Positions 63,604-64,000 of a DNA stretch of 64,000 bases are shown here, one piece after another (the first letter of the stretch is position 1; each line of letters opens with the position of its first letter). Under the pieces are notes generated by a model, which was given only the letters and a program-made list of their open reading frames with translations, did not search any database and was not told where the DNA came from. The stretch is from positions 10,002,184-10,066,183 of the forward strand of contig MU058844.1 in NCBI GenBank assembly GCA_013265495.1, read 5' to 3'. The translations under genes were made by a program, and so were the position numbers. The stretch is from Vicugna vicugna (lineage: Eukaryota).

Positions 63604-64000
63604 TGTCATTATGGAGTTAAACAGTGTCCCCCCTGAAAAAGATATGGTGGAGCCGTAACCTCCAGTACCTCCAAATGTGACCTTATTTAGAGACAGCGTC
63701 TTTAAGAGGTAATCAAATTAAAATGAGATCAAAAAAGTAAGCTCTAATCCAATATAACTGATGTCCTTATAAAAGGGGAAACTTGATCACAGAAACATAT
63801 ACACAATATGCACAAGGGAGACATACACAAAGGAGACTGCCATCTTCAGGCCAAGGAGAGAAATCGGGGACACATCCTTCCCTCACAGACCAAGCGGAAC
63901 CCACCCTGCTGGCACCTTGATTTTGGATTTCTAGCCTCCAGAGACGATAAATTTCTGCTGACTAGGCTACTCCATCTGTGGTATTTTGTTATGGCAGCGC
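63604..64000 (+). mobile_element. MaLR LTR, MLT1A/MLT1B-like (runs to window edge)
   Basis: cctccagtacctccaaatgtgaccttatttagagacag...ctaatccaatataactgatgtccttataaaaggggaaa...ccctgctggcaccttgattttggatttctagcctccaga...gtggtattttgttatggcagc. Confidence 0.88.

Noticed and set aside
1-64000. CRISPR arrays, operons, prophage, rRNA or other prokaryotic systems
   Set aside because: None seen. The window is intron-rich mammalian DNA, and the only tandem arrays are simple microsatellites.

Overview
Mammalian (camelid) genomic DNA, not a prokaryotic window. The lineage call rests on four copies of the tRNA-Ala-derived camelid SINE (vic-1 type) and camelid-type L1 3' ends. The left 26 kb holds the first ten coding exons of OTOGL (otogelin-like, inner-ear VWD glycoprotein) on the minus strand. 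I spliced them by hand: all junctions are GT-AG, phases match, and they give one open frame of 1052 nt (350 codons + 2 nt) covering signal peptide, EGF-like module, VWD1 and the start of the C8 domain. The gene continues off the left edge. The first coding exon has a splice acceptor 19 nt upstream of its ATG, so the true start of transcription lies further right, and some or all of the right 38 kb is probably intron 1. The rest is AT-rich, repeat-filled non-coding DNA (L1, L2, MIR, MaLR/ERVL LTRs, hAT fossils, SINEs, microsatellites) with six N gaps. I find no convincing new biological system. The best leads are a candidate upstream OTOGL exon at about 42.2 kb that would splice in frame, a candidate 33-nt frame-preserving cassette exon inside VWD1, and two 5'-inverted (twin-primed) L1 insertions with target-site duplications. 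Repeat family names and human OTOGL comparisons are from recall, not from database searches.
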